From Cyanophora paradoxa CCMP329 (lineage: Eukaryota; Plantae; Glaucophyta), in the NCBI GenBank assembly GCA_004431415.1, contig QPMI01000651.1:127153-191152 (forward strand): a stretch of 64,000 nucleotides of DNA, in the 5' to 3' direction. This document shows, piece by piece, positions 11,418 through 23,151 of the stretch. Positions within the stretch are counted from its first letter, which is position 1. Each line of letters starts with the position of its first letter. The notes beneath the pieces are model-generated. The model ran no database searches and was not told the DNA's origin. It saw only the letters and a program-made list of their open reading frames with translations. The translations under genes and the position numbers were made by a program.

Positions 11418-12286
11418 ACTGGTCCCCGAGTCGGACCCCGACTCCCGGAGTCGGGACTCGGGACCCGGACAGTCCCGGCCCGGCCCACTGGGCCAGGACT
11501 CCCAGGAGTCCCGGGCCTCCCGGCCCGGGGCCCGGGGGGTCCCGGCCCCCGCGGCTGGCCCCCGCGGCCGGGCCGAGTCCCGACTCCCGAGTCCCGACTC
11601 CCGACTCCCGAGTCCCGGTTCCCGAGTCCGACGCCGTGACGGTCCCGACTCCCGACCGTCGGACTCCCGGAGTCCCGGAGTCCCGAGCCTCGGAGACTCT
11701 GAGGCCGAAAACCGGATACGCTTGAGACGGTACTTTCTCAAGTCCCTCAATGCAAAAGAGCTGGTACTTGTTAACGACCGAAGGGGCCATGACATCATTT
11801 TTTTGGCACTTGGTCGCTTCGGTCGTTGGGCCCCTGACGCGGTTGCCATAGTAACCGCGTCAAAATTTTGAGCTCATCGCCTTGGTGACTGTTCGTGGAA
11901 TCGAGCTCGATTCCAAGTCTCCACATTCCATGCTAGGACCCGGCAAAGACCCGAACACTCAAGTCCCGAGTTCGGAAAGACACTTGGATTACCACCGAAT
12001 CGGCCGGTATCCGGTTTTCGGCCTGAGTCGGAGTCCGACTCGGACGGTCTCAGGTCACTGAGGTCGTTTTCCCCAAATCATATGCATGTCCCGACTCCCG
12101 ACTCCCGAGTCCCGACTCCCGACTCCGGATCCCGACTCCCGAGTCCCGACTCCCGAGTCCCGATCGCGAGACCGTCGGACTCCCGAGTCCCGACTCGGCG
12201 AGTCCCGAGACTCCCGACTCCGATGACTGGCCCAGTGGGCGAGTCCCGACTCCCGCGGCCGACTCCCGAGTCCCCAATGACTCCCC
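11418..12286. repeat. GACTCCCGAGTCCC-rich repeat element, probably a non-autonomous DNA transposon
   Basis: Dense arrays of ccgactc/ccgagtc at both ends. Internal inverted pair aggccgaaaaccggatac (about 11702) and gtatccggttttcggcct (about 12007). Confidence 0.6.
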
Positions 12287-12426
12287 ATGCATACTAGGCA
12301 TATGAAGGCTTCCTTTGGATTTGGATATGTGTGCATATATATTTCTTGCATATATGCGCAAATATTCTTCGTTTTTTTGTGAATTACCGTACGTACACGT
12401 ATACCGGCCACCACACTACTAGGCTA

Positions 12427-12724
12427 CCGTAGAACAGGAAAATACTGGAAAAAATAATTAGTGGAGCCGGAAATTAGTGGACCGAAATCTTGACTCATGC
12501 AGTCCACTAATTCCGTGCTCCACTATTTCCCTGCTGCTGAGCTGCCTCATATAGTACCCCCCAGAATTCAATGATTACCGGCCTATACAAGCTGAAAAGG
12601 GTTTGGTCCACTAATTTCGGGCTCCAGTATTATATTTCGCCTAATTTAAGGAACGGCCGAGTTTTATGATCCACTAATTTCCGGCCCAGTATCATAGTAT
12701 ACGTATTTTCCTGTATTTATGCGG
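12427..12724. mobile_element. MITE-like element (CCGTA end after TA)
   Basis: ta|ccgtagaacaggaaaatac ... gtattttcctgtatttatgcgg form an imperfect TIR. Internal ccggaaattagtgg/ccactaatttccgg repeats. Confidence 0.55.
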
Positions 12725-12765
12725 CCGGGCACCGTCGGCAGTGACTCGGCAGTGGCAGTGGCACT

Positions 12766-13241
12766 AGGGCTGTCGTCAGTCAGTCCCCCGGCTGACCCAG
12801 TCCGTCAGCCCCCCTGACTGTGACTGAATCAGTCAACCCGAGGTTCAGTCAGGCTACCGTGCAAAAGCCGGGAAAAATGACCAGGAAATTGGCAGGAATT
12901 GACCCAAGCGCGATCTATCTACTTCATTCAAGTTGCCAAGCATCAGGCCAGGCACGTTATGCGAGCAGAGAGGACGAGAAAAGGAGATTCGGCCCCCGCC
13001 AGGCGCACGTCAGACTCCATTAGCCTCTTACCATGCACATGGGCGGTCTTTTGAAGATTTCGACGACAGAAGATCATTTTTTGGTCGACCCACGTCAGCT
13101 TTAGAAGGAAAAAGCCCGCAGGGGGGCACGCTCCCAGCAGGGTGTTGTATGGGACTGAGAAAACGTCAGTCAGCCAAAAGCTGACCCAGTGAGGTCAGTC
13201 AGACCCTCTGACTGTGACTGTCAGTGACTGACGACAGCCCT
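12766..13241. mobile_element. hAT-like non-autonomous element
   Basis: Perfect 17-bp TIR agggctgtcgtcagtca / tgactgacgacagccct with subterminal cagtc/tgact repeats. Flanks are only partly duplicated (agtggcac / ctcggcac). Confidence 0.65.
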
Positions 13242-14478
13242 TCTCGGCACATCCGTGTCGTGTACTACGGACAGTCAACCGTCACGAGCGTACCGGGATT
13301 CGCGTACCCCGACCTGGAGAGAAAGTAGGTAGCGGGCTCCTGCCCGCTGGGCGCCTCTCCGGCTGCCGCGAATCACCTTGGCGGTGCCTCCACCCCTCCT
13401 CTAGCCGGTTAGCCGCGCGTCCGTTAGGAATCCGCTCCGTGGGTCGGTTCGGCGAGCCACTCCAGCGGACACCAGCGGCGGCTTCAGCAGCTGCTCTCTC
13501 GTTCAGCCCAAGCACTTCTCTGCGGCAACGATCGGCCGCCCGCGGCTATGGGGCCGGCGACCTGTGCTGCGCCCGCGCAGATGATCGTCGGTCGTGTGAT
13601 TGCGCGCCCGCGTCGCGGCCGTGGGCGTCGCGGCCGCACAGATACTTGGATTCCTGGCGAGGCGACGTGCTTCTGAGCACTCGGGCGGCCCGGGGCCTCC
13701 CAACCCCCGCCGCAGCGGACTCCCCGCGCGCGCGCGTGTGCGCCAGCTGGAGGCGGTATCTCTCGGCCAAGGAGCACGGGTCGCTGGCTGCGGCTGGCGA
13801 TGCTGTGCGCCCGCCGGTTTTCACCCGGGCTCTCACGGGCTCCGGTTTCCGGCCCTCCCTGGGGTTAGATCTCCTTGCTTTCTTAGTACGTTTCCTCCCT
13901 ACCAAACTGAGGGCTATAGTTCAGGCTCAGCCGCTTCGACCTCATCCTCGCTTATACATCGGTCCTCTCTGTAGGCGCCCTTGTCCTGAGGGGGGTTATA
14001 GTAGCTCAGCTCTGCTTCGGCTCTCTAGGCAGGTGTAGGCAGCGTTTCTAGGCAGGTATAGGCTCTTTCTCCAGTATAATAGCTCCACCCGGTCCGATGT
14101 CCGAAAGGCTTAGTCCCGTAGGCTCATCTCTCGACTTGACACAGATGGACACATCAGTTTTATCCTTAGCCATTTGTCTCGGTGTGTGCGAATTCAGACG
14201 TTACGGTCACGAGCGTACCGTACCGTCCGTACGTACCGCGTACCGTAATTTACGCCGTACCGACGGTACCGTACAGCCTGGGTACAGGCTGTACAGCCTG
14301 GCATTTCCGATTATTCTGACTCGGAAGAGTCGGAACTTCCGAACTTCGGAACTCGGAAGTTCGCGATTCGCCGTGCACGTGCACGCGTGACGCGTGCATG
14401 CTCACTAAGTTGCTACTACTAGTCTACTAGCCTAGTAGTACTGCAGTAGTAACAGTAGTACTATAGTAACTGTAACTA

Positions 14479-14738
14479 CCGTAGAACACATAAATACCGC
14501 GCCCACTTAATTACCGCGGTACCAAATTACCGCGCCGAGAATTTGTTAAAACGCGGTAATTTGGTCCCGCGGTAATTTGCTGCTGAGAAGTCGCCTTATA
14601 CAGTACCCCCCATAATTACCGCCCTTACAAGCCTCAACTTTTAAAAACGCGGTAATTTGGTACCGCGGTATTTTGCTCTATGGCGGGCCGGGTTTTTAAA
14701 CGCGGTAATTTATGCCGCGGTAATTTAGTGCCCGACGG
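14479..14738. mobile_element. Tc1/mariner-type MITE with TA duplication
   Basis: ta|ccgtagaacacataaat ... atttagtgcccgacgg|ta, with many internal aattaccgcg/cgcggtaatt repeats. Confidence 0.65.
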
Positions 14739-16031
14739 TATACTAGTACCGGGGTAGTAGCCTAGTAGTACCGTAGTACACCCTCGGCCGGGTCGGCCCT
14801 GCCAGCCTGGCAGGCCTGGCACCGTTAGTACTAGTCCGTTACTACGGCCGGCGCCCGCACAAGTTCGGCACAACCACCCGCACAATTTGCAAGCTTCGGC
14901 ACAACCACCCGCAGCAATTTGCAATTGCTGCTCAAGCCTGAGCGCTAGCTTGCCGGTAGCTGACGCTTGCGTTCGTTGTCTTGACGATCATCGGATACTG
15001 TAGATCATCGGAACATGGTCATGATCCTCAGGAGGCCCAGGGCATATACAGCCTCGTGTCGCGCTGCTGGAAGCATGCGCGTCTCGCACAGGCAGCTTGC
15101 GACCCTTGCGCTCGCCTTCGTGGCGGCGTTGCTGGCCTGCAATGCCGCGCTCGGCGACGCGGCCGCCGTCCCGACATGCGGTTCGTCCTCCGGCCCCGAA
15201 TCCCCGATCGTTATCGTTGCGATTCAGCAGCGATTGCCGTGATACTGACCATTGCATGGCCATGGCCATCACTAATGATCAGGCGCACGCTGGCCCAACT
15301 ACAATCCCGATGCTGCTGCTTCGGGGGACAGCAATGCGGACTCTTGGGCTATATATTCGAAGGCCGCCTTCATCCAGGTGAACCACACCGCGGTCCTCTC
15401 GAATCCCATGACAATCGGTCAGTTATATATATGCGCGTGCCACTTCTATGCATTTGGCTGACGCAAATGCACTTTTTTGCCGCGGATGCACTTTGCAAAT
15501 ATATCATGATCAGAGTTCTGGTGTGCATATGCATGCAATACTATTACATATTCTCATATATTACATATTCTCCATCCCATCGCGAGTCCTTATCTGATGT
15601 AATTATATAATTAAGGATGAAATCGCCGCGCGCAGGATGAAGATCAACTCGGATCCTGATGCCGGCAGTGCCGGTGGAATCGCCGCTGCTGAAGTTCCCA
15701 TTTTCAGCTTCTCCGTGAAAGAGGGGGACACCGACTCCGATGTTACACTTTACTTCAAATATGATGGAAACGTACGGCATTTTCAGCTGTAGGTTTGCGA
15801 ACGCATTGATTGAACGCGACGTACGGTCTGTGCTCGCAGACGCGGGCTTATCTTATGCTGCGCTCGAGCCTCGACAATCCTCAGACAAACAATAATGAAG
15901 GATTTCTGGTGGACCTGATGGCCAACAGCTCGTCCGCAGAGCGCATCCCCGTGCGTGCAGCTCTTTACCCAGCTATGGACTAATTTTCGTTGAAGTCTCT
16001 TCATTTTCTCAAACGCATGCATGCGCAGGTG

Positions 16032-16324
16032 ACACATAGAGAAACGCGGCGTTTAAACCCTCGGCTAATCTTAATTGATCTTGTTAATATCTCTCGTATA
16101 TTTTATATCAATCAATCGATAATCTGTGTGAAATCTATCAAATTATTAAATATTTTGATTTTTGTGTATTTCATTTATAATTTATTGATGTTCTATGGTA
16201 AATTTATCTTAATTTCGATTTGTCTTACTTAAATCAATCGTGAATTTGTATAAGTTTCCGAATAATATAACTGGATCTTAATTAGATCTTGCCTCCGGTT
16301 TAAACGCCGCGTTTCTCTATGTGT
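16032..16324. repeat. Element A terminal fold-back (293 nt)
   Basis: acacatagagaaacgcggcgtttaaacc at 16032-16059 and its exact reverse complement at 16297-16324; the interior is partly self-complementary. Confidence 0.92.
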
Positions 16325-16443
16325 GATTTTAACGCAATAAACGCGATTAATATGCAAATTCGATATAATCTCGATTGAAGGAACATAATTTTTGTGATAT
16401 AATCACGAATGAAGTAGTCCACCGCCCATTCTATTGTAAAACG

Positions 16444-16810
16444 CAAAAATTCACACAGAGTTGCATTACGTCCAATTAAACAATCGATGAGATTCCGGGA
16501 AACAAAAATGACCCCAGAGTTGCATTACGTCCAATTAAACAATCGATGAGATTGCGGGAAACAAAAATGACCCCAGAGTTGCATTATGTCCAATTAAACA
16601 ATCGATGAGATTTCGGGAAACAAAAATGACCCCAGAGTTGCATTACGTCCAATTAAACAATCGATAAGATTCCTGTTAAATTTCTACTGTATCAAAAATG
16701 ACCCCAGAGTTGCATTATGTCCAATTAAACAATCGATAAGATTGGATTCTGTTTTTTACTGTATCAAAATTGTGTTTCAAGTGTAACATGTCCAATTAAA
16801 CAGTCGATAA
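16444..16810. repeat. Subterminal 59-bp tandem repeat, about 5 copies plus a partial
   Basis: Unit caaaaatgaccccagagttgcattacgtccaattaaacaatcgatgagatt(c/g/t)cgggaaa. Confidence 0.9.
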
Positions 16811-16815
16811 TCAAT

Positions 16816-17093
16816 GTGTAACAGGTGAATCCCAAGGTGTAACGGGTGTAACAGGTAAATCCCAAAGTTTTGGATTTTTCATCTCCTATGAGGAAAGTTT
16901 GGGAAACACCTGTTACACCTGTTACATGACACTATAATCAATGTAAGGAATCGAATATATTAATGCTTTGTTTGATAGATGTAACAGGTGAATCCCAAGG
17001 TGTAACAGGTGTAACAGGTAAATCCCAAAGTTTTGGGTTTTTGGCCTCCCTAGGAGCGAAGTTTGGGATTTACCTGTTACACCTGTTACACCT
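16816..17093. promoter_or_regulatory. Two iteron hairpins (GTGTAACAG type), candidate origins of element A
   Basis: gtgtaacaggtgtaacaggtaaatcccaaa...tttgggatttacctgttacacctgttacac at about 16816-16926 and 16980-17093. Origin function is inferred. Confidence 0.6.
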
Positions 17094-17348
17094 GACGATA
17101 TTCAATAAGACATGTTATATTTCTTCAAAATCTCAGTGTGATTAACTCGGAAATCGCGCTGCTATCTGCTTCTCCGCTTTCTCCAACCCTGAAAAGATCT
17201 CTGTTATTCTCTCATCTATCAATTTAGATATTACGGAGGTCTTACTTTCAAAAAAATGATGCTCGTGGGCAACCCAAAATGATTTAAGGAAGAAGCGACA
17301 GTATAGAGTAAACCGGGTAAAACATTTTCTCAGACGTAATTCAGTGTC

Positions 17349-17966
17349 ATGGCGTATCTCTTCGAAGGTGAGCCGATCTTCTCGGTTCCGATTGCTGAAA
17401 TGCGATTTGGTGTGAAGGATATTCTTGATCTTGCTGAAACTATTGAGGTTTTGCATCGAAAGATTGGAACATACTCTTATCCTGGAATGGATCAAATGGT
17501 TTGTTTTGGTTATTTTCGGAGAAATTCGGATCGGATTTGTGCGAGAACTCGCGATGATCGGTTCTTCTATAATCATGTGAATTATAATGATCATGGTAAG
17601 TTTAGCCATCTTAATGAAGTGCGTAATGCTGAACTTGATTTCATCGTTGTTGTTAATTTTCATGATCTTCTTTTCAACACTACAAAGACTCACGATGACG
17701 TAATTAATGCAATTGGGATATGCTATGGACAAGAAGAACATCGTGAACGTTACTATTTCCACATTCCAAGAGATCTTCGTGCTTATCATGCTAAGTTTGA
17801 AGAGCATGGATGGAAGATTGTGAACCGAGCGACTCTACGTAAATACCTTAAACAAAATGGCGCTCGTTGGGTTCGCGAAAACAACAGATGGTATACAGAG
17901 GATCAGAATGGTGTTGTCGCTGATATCTTCAAACCATATATCCCAATAGCTAATCGTTTCCAATAG
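17349..17966 (+). CDS. Hypothetical protein with DUF5710-like C-terminus
   Basis: Intact 205-aa ORF containing LKQNGARWVRENNRWY; preceded by the shared early-type motif. Confidence 0.7.
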   Translation: MAYLFEGEPIFSVPIAEMRFGVKDILDLAETIEVLHRKIGTYSYPGMDQMVCFGYFRRNSDRICARTRDDRFFYNHVNYNDHGKFSHLNEVRNAELDFIVVVNFHDLLFNTTKTHDDVINAIGICYGQEEHRERYYFHIPRDLRAYHAKFEEHGWKIVNRATLRKYLKQNGARWVRENNRWYTEDQNGVVADIFKPYIPIANRFQ

Positions 17967-18852
17967 CTACAAACTCCAACTGAAACGAATTATCGATACC
18001 ATTCATATCTACAAGATCACCAAAATAATCACGAAATTCAACTGTTAATTCACGAATAACAAGGTTTTTGTCTGTTATTTTTATGTATTCACCATGCTCT
18101 CCGCTATGGTAAACATACTTCCCGATGTCCTGACTCAATTGTAATCGCAAGATCGCGCCTTGATTCTGCGGTTGCGATTTCGGGACTATATTGTGGTTGG
18201 ATGCAAAAGAAGAGAGTTCTTTGATGTGCATATACAAGTATTGCTCAGCGTTCATATCCGCCATCTTTGGACTTGTTGCTTTGTGTTGCAACGGCACTGG
18301 ATCTACACCTTCAAACGTTATTCCCCATTGTGGGTGATCAGGTGTAATTGGTCTTCCTGCATAAGATAAGTAATTCTCAGGAGCGAATACAGACCTGTTA
18401 TCTTCTAAATTGTGTTGCTGGCTTACCAATAATGTTGATCCAAGACCAAGTAGTTTGGCGATTCTATTGTTTGACGCTGCTATTTCGAATGGAACGCTGC
18501 TATAAAATTCTAACTTGTATGTTGTCGGGTTGTAGTATATCTTAAAGAATGTATTTTCAAGAACTTCGTAGTTTAAACCGTAATTATATGGTTGAGTAAC
18601 TCCAAAGTGTCCTTGGTTGATGTAACCACTCGGTAACGGAAATACTTGCTGGTTAAGGATGAAACCACCAATGTTATAACGAACTATAATATAATCGGTT
18701 CCAATCGAATTATAAATGCTGTTGGGAATCTCTGCATACAAGATACGACACTGTCGCGGTCTGGTAATTGGTGTGGTTAGTGAGACCTTGTAAGCATTTT
18801 CTTTCTGTCCATCTAATCGATCTCTACTATCGACATTGACAAGCCGAATCAT
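17950..18852 (-). CDS. Minor capsid (penton-like) protein 1, element A
   Basis: N-terminal VDSRDR...L...EIPNSIYN and C-terminal LTVEFRDYFGDLVDMNGIDNSFQLEF pattern; orthologue at 42556-43488. Confidence 0.8.
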   Translation of the reverse strand: MIRLVNVDSRDRLDGQKENAYKVSLTTPITRPRQCRILYAEIPNSIYNSIGTDYIIVRYNIGGFILNQQVFPLPSGYINQGHFGVTQPYNYGLNYEVLENTFFKIYYNPTTYKLEFYSSVPFEIAASNNRIAKLLGLGSTLLVSQQHNLEDNRSVFAPENYLSYAGRPITPDHPQWGITFEGVDPVPLQHKATSPKMADMNAEQYLYMHIKELSSFASNHNIVPKSQPQNQGAILRLQLSQDIGKYVYHSGEHGEYIKITDKNLVIRELTVEFRDYFGDLVDMNGIDNSFQLEFVAIGND

Positions 18853-18880
18853 TTTATTATATGGTTATAGATAAAAGAAG

Positions 18881-19884
18881 ATGCCTGTGGAATACGTTGA
18901 AGTGTCTTCCTTCAAAACGCTACCTAATCTGGATGCTCCAACATCACGATTTGTTGCGGATCTCCCAAAGACGTATGAGAATGTAAGAGCGGTTCGCCTT
19001 GTCTCCGCTGAATTCTATAACTCCATCCCACTCATTAGCGGTGAGACAGAACCTGGTGATGCAACAGTTGAGGATGCTTTATTATCAATTTCAGCCAAAA
19101 ATCCACATCCACCGGTGCAAATGCTCCTGAGATTCTATATGATAGTTGGCGTTCTATTCGACCTGGTGCAGGTCTAAAAACCCCAATCAATACTCATCAA
19201 CAACTCGTTGCCCGAATCAATAACCGTTTTGAGAATCTCTCGCCTCCTTCTGCAATTCGCTGTGGTTGGGATGTAGCCCAAAAAAAAGTTATCTTTTATG
19301 CTCCTGTGGAGTTCTATATATGCTTCTCATATGCAAAAGATCCTTCTGTTTCTGCAATCGAAAAAGCGCTACGACACGCTCGAATCTTGGGTTTGGATGC
19401 TGGACGCTGGGGAAACAAGTTTATTAAATCACAGACCTATGGAACAGATACAAGCTCCGTTTTTACAGGTGCAAATGTAAATGGTATTATCTCGACATTC
19501 CCAACTGAAACCTGTAAAGATAATGTCTTTTTCGTGAGAGTAAAAGAACTGGGTGACCTCGTCCAATGTGCCGATGGTCTCCTTACTGGATACTTCCATA
19601 AACTCACGGTTCAAGATAAAGACTTTGCGGAACACGTTGTTTACAATTCGACGGAAGCAAATCCGCTGTATAAATATTATAATAAGAAACTATCACTATC
19701 GCAATTATCGGTAGATGTTGTGAATGCTCAAAATGAATTAATTGATTTCGAGGGGCAACCTGTGCATCTGACATTCGAGATCCGCTATGGTGATGAACCT
19801 GCCGGCGATCCGATTTATGAGTATTTCAAAATGAGAATGAGAGAAACCCACCCCTTCTATCCAAATATTGCGGGATTCGCGTAA
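18881..19884 (+). CDS. Minor capsid (penton-like) protein 2, element A (1-nt shift near 19080)
   Basis: LPKTYENVRAVRLVSAEF ... LSVDVVNAQNELIDFEGQPVHLTFEI. Adding one T to the run at 19078-19080 makes it colinear with 43518-44528. Confidence 0.78.
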
Positions 19885-19938
19885 ATTAAGGATCATTCAC
19901 AGAATTTTTATATTTTTGTATAGTAAAAGCAAAACAGA

Positions 19939-21336
19939 ATGGATGTTACCTCGACCCTTCAACGTCTTTCTCTGAAAGAGGCGCTAACAACGCCCGAGGA
20001 AGCCAAAGCGTTCTTCCTCGATAACTCGCTTATGCTTGGTCTCGAATCGAAGACGAAACCCGTTCTCGTAACTGTTAGTCCATCGACAACCTATGACAAC
20101 AACGTAGGTCAACGCGTTTCTTTCAAACTTCCCCGCTACAACTTTGTTGGTAAAATCGAACTCGCTTTCGATCTTCCCGAACTAACCGCTTTCGAAGGCG
20201 ATACCGACCTGGTGCGCAATGGTTACACCCGCCCCGTAGGTGCGCTTGTAGAGCGTCTTGAATTCTCGTATGGCTCGTATACCTACCACGTGCCGTCTGA
20301 TTTCCTGGCGATTTTCCCACTGGTCTACTATTCAGAAGATCAACTGGCAAAAAAGAAGCGCTCTATGGGAATGCTCCATGGTATTCCCGCTCACGGAACC
20401 AACCGTAAAGGTGGCGCTTTCTTCGTTGAGATTCCGGTGCCGTGGTTGAACCACTACCTACCACTTGGCGCTCTCTCGGGTGAAGCCGTTATCACTGTGT
20501 GGTTTAAGGAAGCCAACAAGGGTTACCTTGAAACTTCTTATGGTGGTCGCTCTCTTCCAGTTGTTACTGATGCTGCCGATAAATCCACCGATGATGGACT
20601 GGGAAGCGCTACCAATGTTACACTTGCTAATGTTGGTCAAAACATCACCACTGGTGAAATTACTGGGTTCGAAGTTGCTGGAACTGTTCCTCCAATGACC
20701 CATTACATCTCCATTAAGTCTCCTCGTCTCTACATGCATGCTATTAACGTTTCAGATGAACTATTTGCTACTGTTATTGAGAAGGTTAAGACCACGGGGA
20801 TGGCTATTCCCGCTCTCGATATCGGTTTCGTCGATGCAATCGGTGTTCAGGCAAAAGGTAACACTCAACCCAACCGAATCAATCTTAGCCAAATCTCCGG
20901 TCTGGTTTATGCTCTTCTTGTCTCTGTTCGCGATGCTGATGGTGTCGATACTTCCAATGGTTCTCACAGCGTCCTTAAAACGCTTGCGAATGCGAAGGAT
21001 ATCACGATGACTTGTGAGATCAATGGACAGCGTCTGTATTCCACGGAGCCAATCCCGCTACTCAAAGGAGCGGAACTCATCGCCGATGCCTTCAAATGCT
21101 CAAACATGGACAAGGAAGCAAACCGTTACGTCCTTACCGGTCTTCCATTCTGTGTTGATGGTGAGAAGGCGATTCGCAACATTGCCCAATCTGGATATGT
21201 TGACCTTACGAACTCGTCGTCATCATTCCTTACTCTGTATCTTCCTGCTAATCGCACAATTACTGTTAACGTTCGCGCTCTCATGCATTCGTTCATTATT
21301 GTCGATAAGGACGGAATTCGCCGCATTAATCTCTAA
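19939..21336 (+). CDS. Major capsid protein (double jelly-roll), element A
   Basis: 465 aa. GQRVSFKLPR..VGKIELAFDLP and VEIPVPW...LPLGAL resemble the NCLDV-type capsid N-terminal pattern. Located between pentons and ATPase. Confidence 0.82.
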   Translation: MDVTSTLQRLSLKEALTTPEEAKAFFLDNSLMLGLESKTKPVLVTVSPSTTYDNNVGQRVSFKLPRYNFVGKIELAFDLPELTAFEGDTDLVRNGYTRPVGALVERLEFSYGSYTYHVPSDFLAIFPLVYYSEDQLAKKKRSMGMLHGIPAHGTNRKGGAFFVEIPVPWLNHYLPLGALSGEAVITVWFKEANKGYLETSYGGRSLPVVTDAADKSTDDGLGSATNVTLANVGQNITTGEITGFEVAGTVPPMTHYISIKSPRLYMHAINVSDELFATVIEKVKTTGMAIPALDIGFVDAIGVQAKGNTQPNRINLSQISGLVYALLVSVRDADGVDTSNGSHSVLKTLANAKDITMTCEINGQRLYSTEPIPLLKGAELIADAFKCSNMDKEANRYVLTGLPFCVDGEKAIRNIAQSGYVDLTNSSSSFLTLYLPANRTITVNVRALMHSFIIVDKDGIRRINL

Positions 21337-21397
21337 ACCATTATCAGTAAGATTTCGTTATTTTTATCTGTCTTTATTAAGAAGAATCTACAACACC

Positions 21398-22146
21398 ATG
21401 TCTGACGTTCCCGAATTTAATGCTGCTGAGATGATAAACCCACCATTCCGTGTCTTAGCAATTGGAAATCTGCAACGGGTAAAAGCGAAGCGGTCAAGTA
21501 TTGGCTAAAACAGCTACATGATGCGAAAAAGATAGATGTGGTTCTCGTTGTAAGTGGGACGAGTTTCAATCATTTCTGGGATAAAGTAGCAACATTGCAA
21601 CTCGGTAAATGGGATGCGCCTTACATCGCTAAACTTCTCGATGAAAGACAAGAGAAAATTGAGAAAGGAGAACCCGTTAACCAATTATGTGTCGTTCTCG
21701 ATGATCTTATAGACAATGAGATAGTCGATCTAACCCGTGATAAAATTATTGGAAGTCTTTACAGCCGTGGAAGACAAACTGCGTAAGGTTTCTTCAACCA
21801 TTCGTGTCAATTCGGATTATGCAATGTTCCTAAGTGCCGCCAATCGCAAAGAACTGGAAGCCATTGAAGAAGAATACAATATCATGCGGGATAAAGACGC
21901 TTTCTATAAGATGTTTGAGGAATACGTTCACTCCTATCAGTTTCTCATTTGGAGTTCTGCGAATTATTCGGTGGAATACTATGTTGATAAAGCGGAACTC
22001 GTTAAAGAGTTTGGGTTTCCTCGGTTTCACAGAAAGCCCAAAAAGAAAGAAGACGAATTAAAACCACCCGAGAAGGAGGAAGCGCCAAAGAGATAAAGAG
22101 CGCTGTTCACACGAATAAGTTGATGCGATATAAGAGGGGATTGTAA
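21398..22146 (+). pseudogene. A32-like packaging ATPase of element A, disrupted
   Basis: Walker A G(K)SATGKS and Walker B VVLDD. Relative to 46014-46796 it has two homopolymer shifts and a deletion of about 32 nt near 21775 that removes HSKISIICITQ. Confidence 0.85.
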
Positions 22147-22174
22147 AATTATCTCTGTATGTTATAAATATACA

Positions 22175-22906
22175 ATGCCGCCGAAACGTAGAGGTGTTCC
22201 CGCTGGTGCTATGTCATATTCCGGCGGTGAAAGTCATGGATCTCTCAACACCACACCCATGAAATTCAACGGAATGAGCGAAGTGAAACCATCACAACAG
22301 GAAGAAGACCCCTTAAATGCCGCTTATGAAGAAGCGCCCGGTGATAAAGCGCCGCAAACATCCCAAAGTGAGCAATTGAACATCTCGCCGGAAGTCTCGA
22401 AGATGAAGGCGGTCGGTGAAGGCGCCCGTCGGATTATCGGTGCTGCCGATGATCGTGAACTCGGTCTCAAAGATCTTTCCCTCGCTCGCAAGGGTGAAGG
22501 TGTTTCCAAAGAATCCGACAAGGTAATTCAATCGATGGCTGGTGAAGTTACTTACAAGGTTGCGCCAACTCAAAACATCCACCGAATCCCGAAAGCGCAA
22601 TGGGATGAGATGACCGCTAAATTAAAGGATCTGGAAGCAAAATCAAGCGCTCTTGAACAGTATGTAACTGAGAAGAAGGAGCGATCGAAAATCAAGGAAA
22701 TGCTGCGCAAAGAGGTATTCCGAATGGGTATTACTGGTGTTCCTGATAAGCAGTTTATTGGTAAGAAGGAGACCCAAATTGACGAACAAGCGGTAGATGA
22801 GTTGAAGACAAAGACCCAAAAGGGAACTGTTGAACCTGGTGCTACCAAAGCGGAAGTCGACAAAGGTGTAGCTCCCACAGCATACAAGCGGAGAGTTTGG
22901 CTTTAA
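22175..22906 (+). CDS. Conserved charged protein, possible core protein
   Basis: 243 aa, highly similar to 46825-47559; basic termini (MPPKRR, KRRVWL). Confidence 0.8.
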   Translation: MPPKRRGVPAGAMSYSGGESHGSLNTTPMKFNGMSEVKPSQQEEDPLNAAYEEAPGDKAPQTSQSEQLNISPEVSKMKAVGEGARRIIGAADDRELGLKDLSLARKGEGVSKESDKVIQSMAGEVTYKVAPTQNIHRIPKAQWDEMTAKLKDLEAKSSALEQYVTEKKERSKIKEMLRKEVFRMGITGVPDKQFIGKKETQIDEQAVDELKTKTQKGTVEPGATKAEVDKGVAPTAYKRRVWL

Positions 22907-22932
22907 TTATATATTGTTTAAAGAGGGAATCA

Positions 22933-23151
22933 ATGGAGTTTCTGAAAAAGATCATTGAGATGTTTGAGATGCATTGCGTAACCGATTGTCACAATGACTG
23001 CTGCGATACGAAATTCGAAATGGATTTCTCAGATGGTGGAAGCGATGGAGGGCGAAGGCAATCACAAGATTCGATAACAACTGAGACAGTCACCGTTACA
23101 GAAACTGAGACTGTCCGTCGCCGATCGTTTGCGCAAAACGATCATAAATAA
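22933..23151 (+). CDS. Small Cys-cluster protein
   Basis: MEFLKKIIEMF..DCHNDCC, orthologous to 47582-47863. Confidence 0.7.
   Translation: MEFLKKIIEMFEMHCVTDCHNDCCDTKFEMDFSDGGSDGGRRQSQDSITTETVTVTETETVRRRSFAQNDHK

Noticed and set aside
15990-16232. 80-aa membrane-protein-like ORF
   Set aside because: It crosses the host/element junction and translates the terminal hairpin.
16444-16810. 59-bp repeats as a CRISPR array
   Set aside because: The units are contiguous with no unique spacers, and there are no cas genes.
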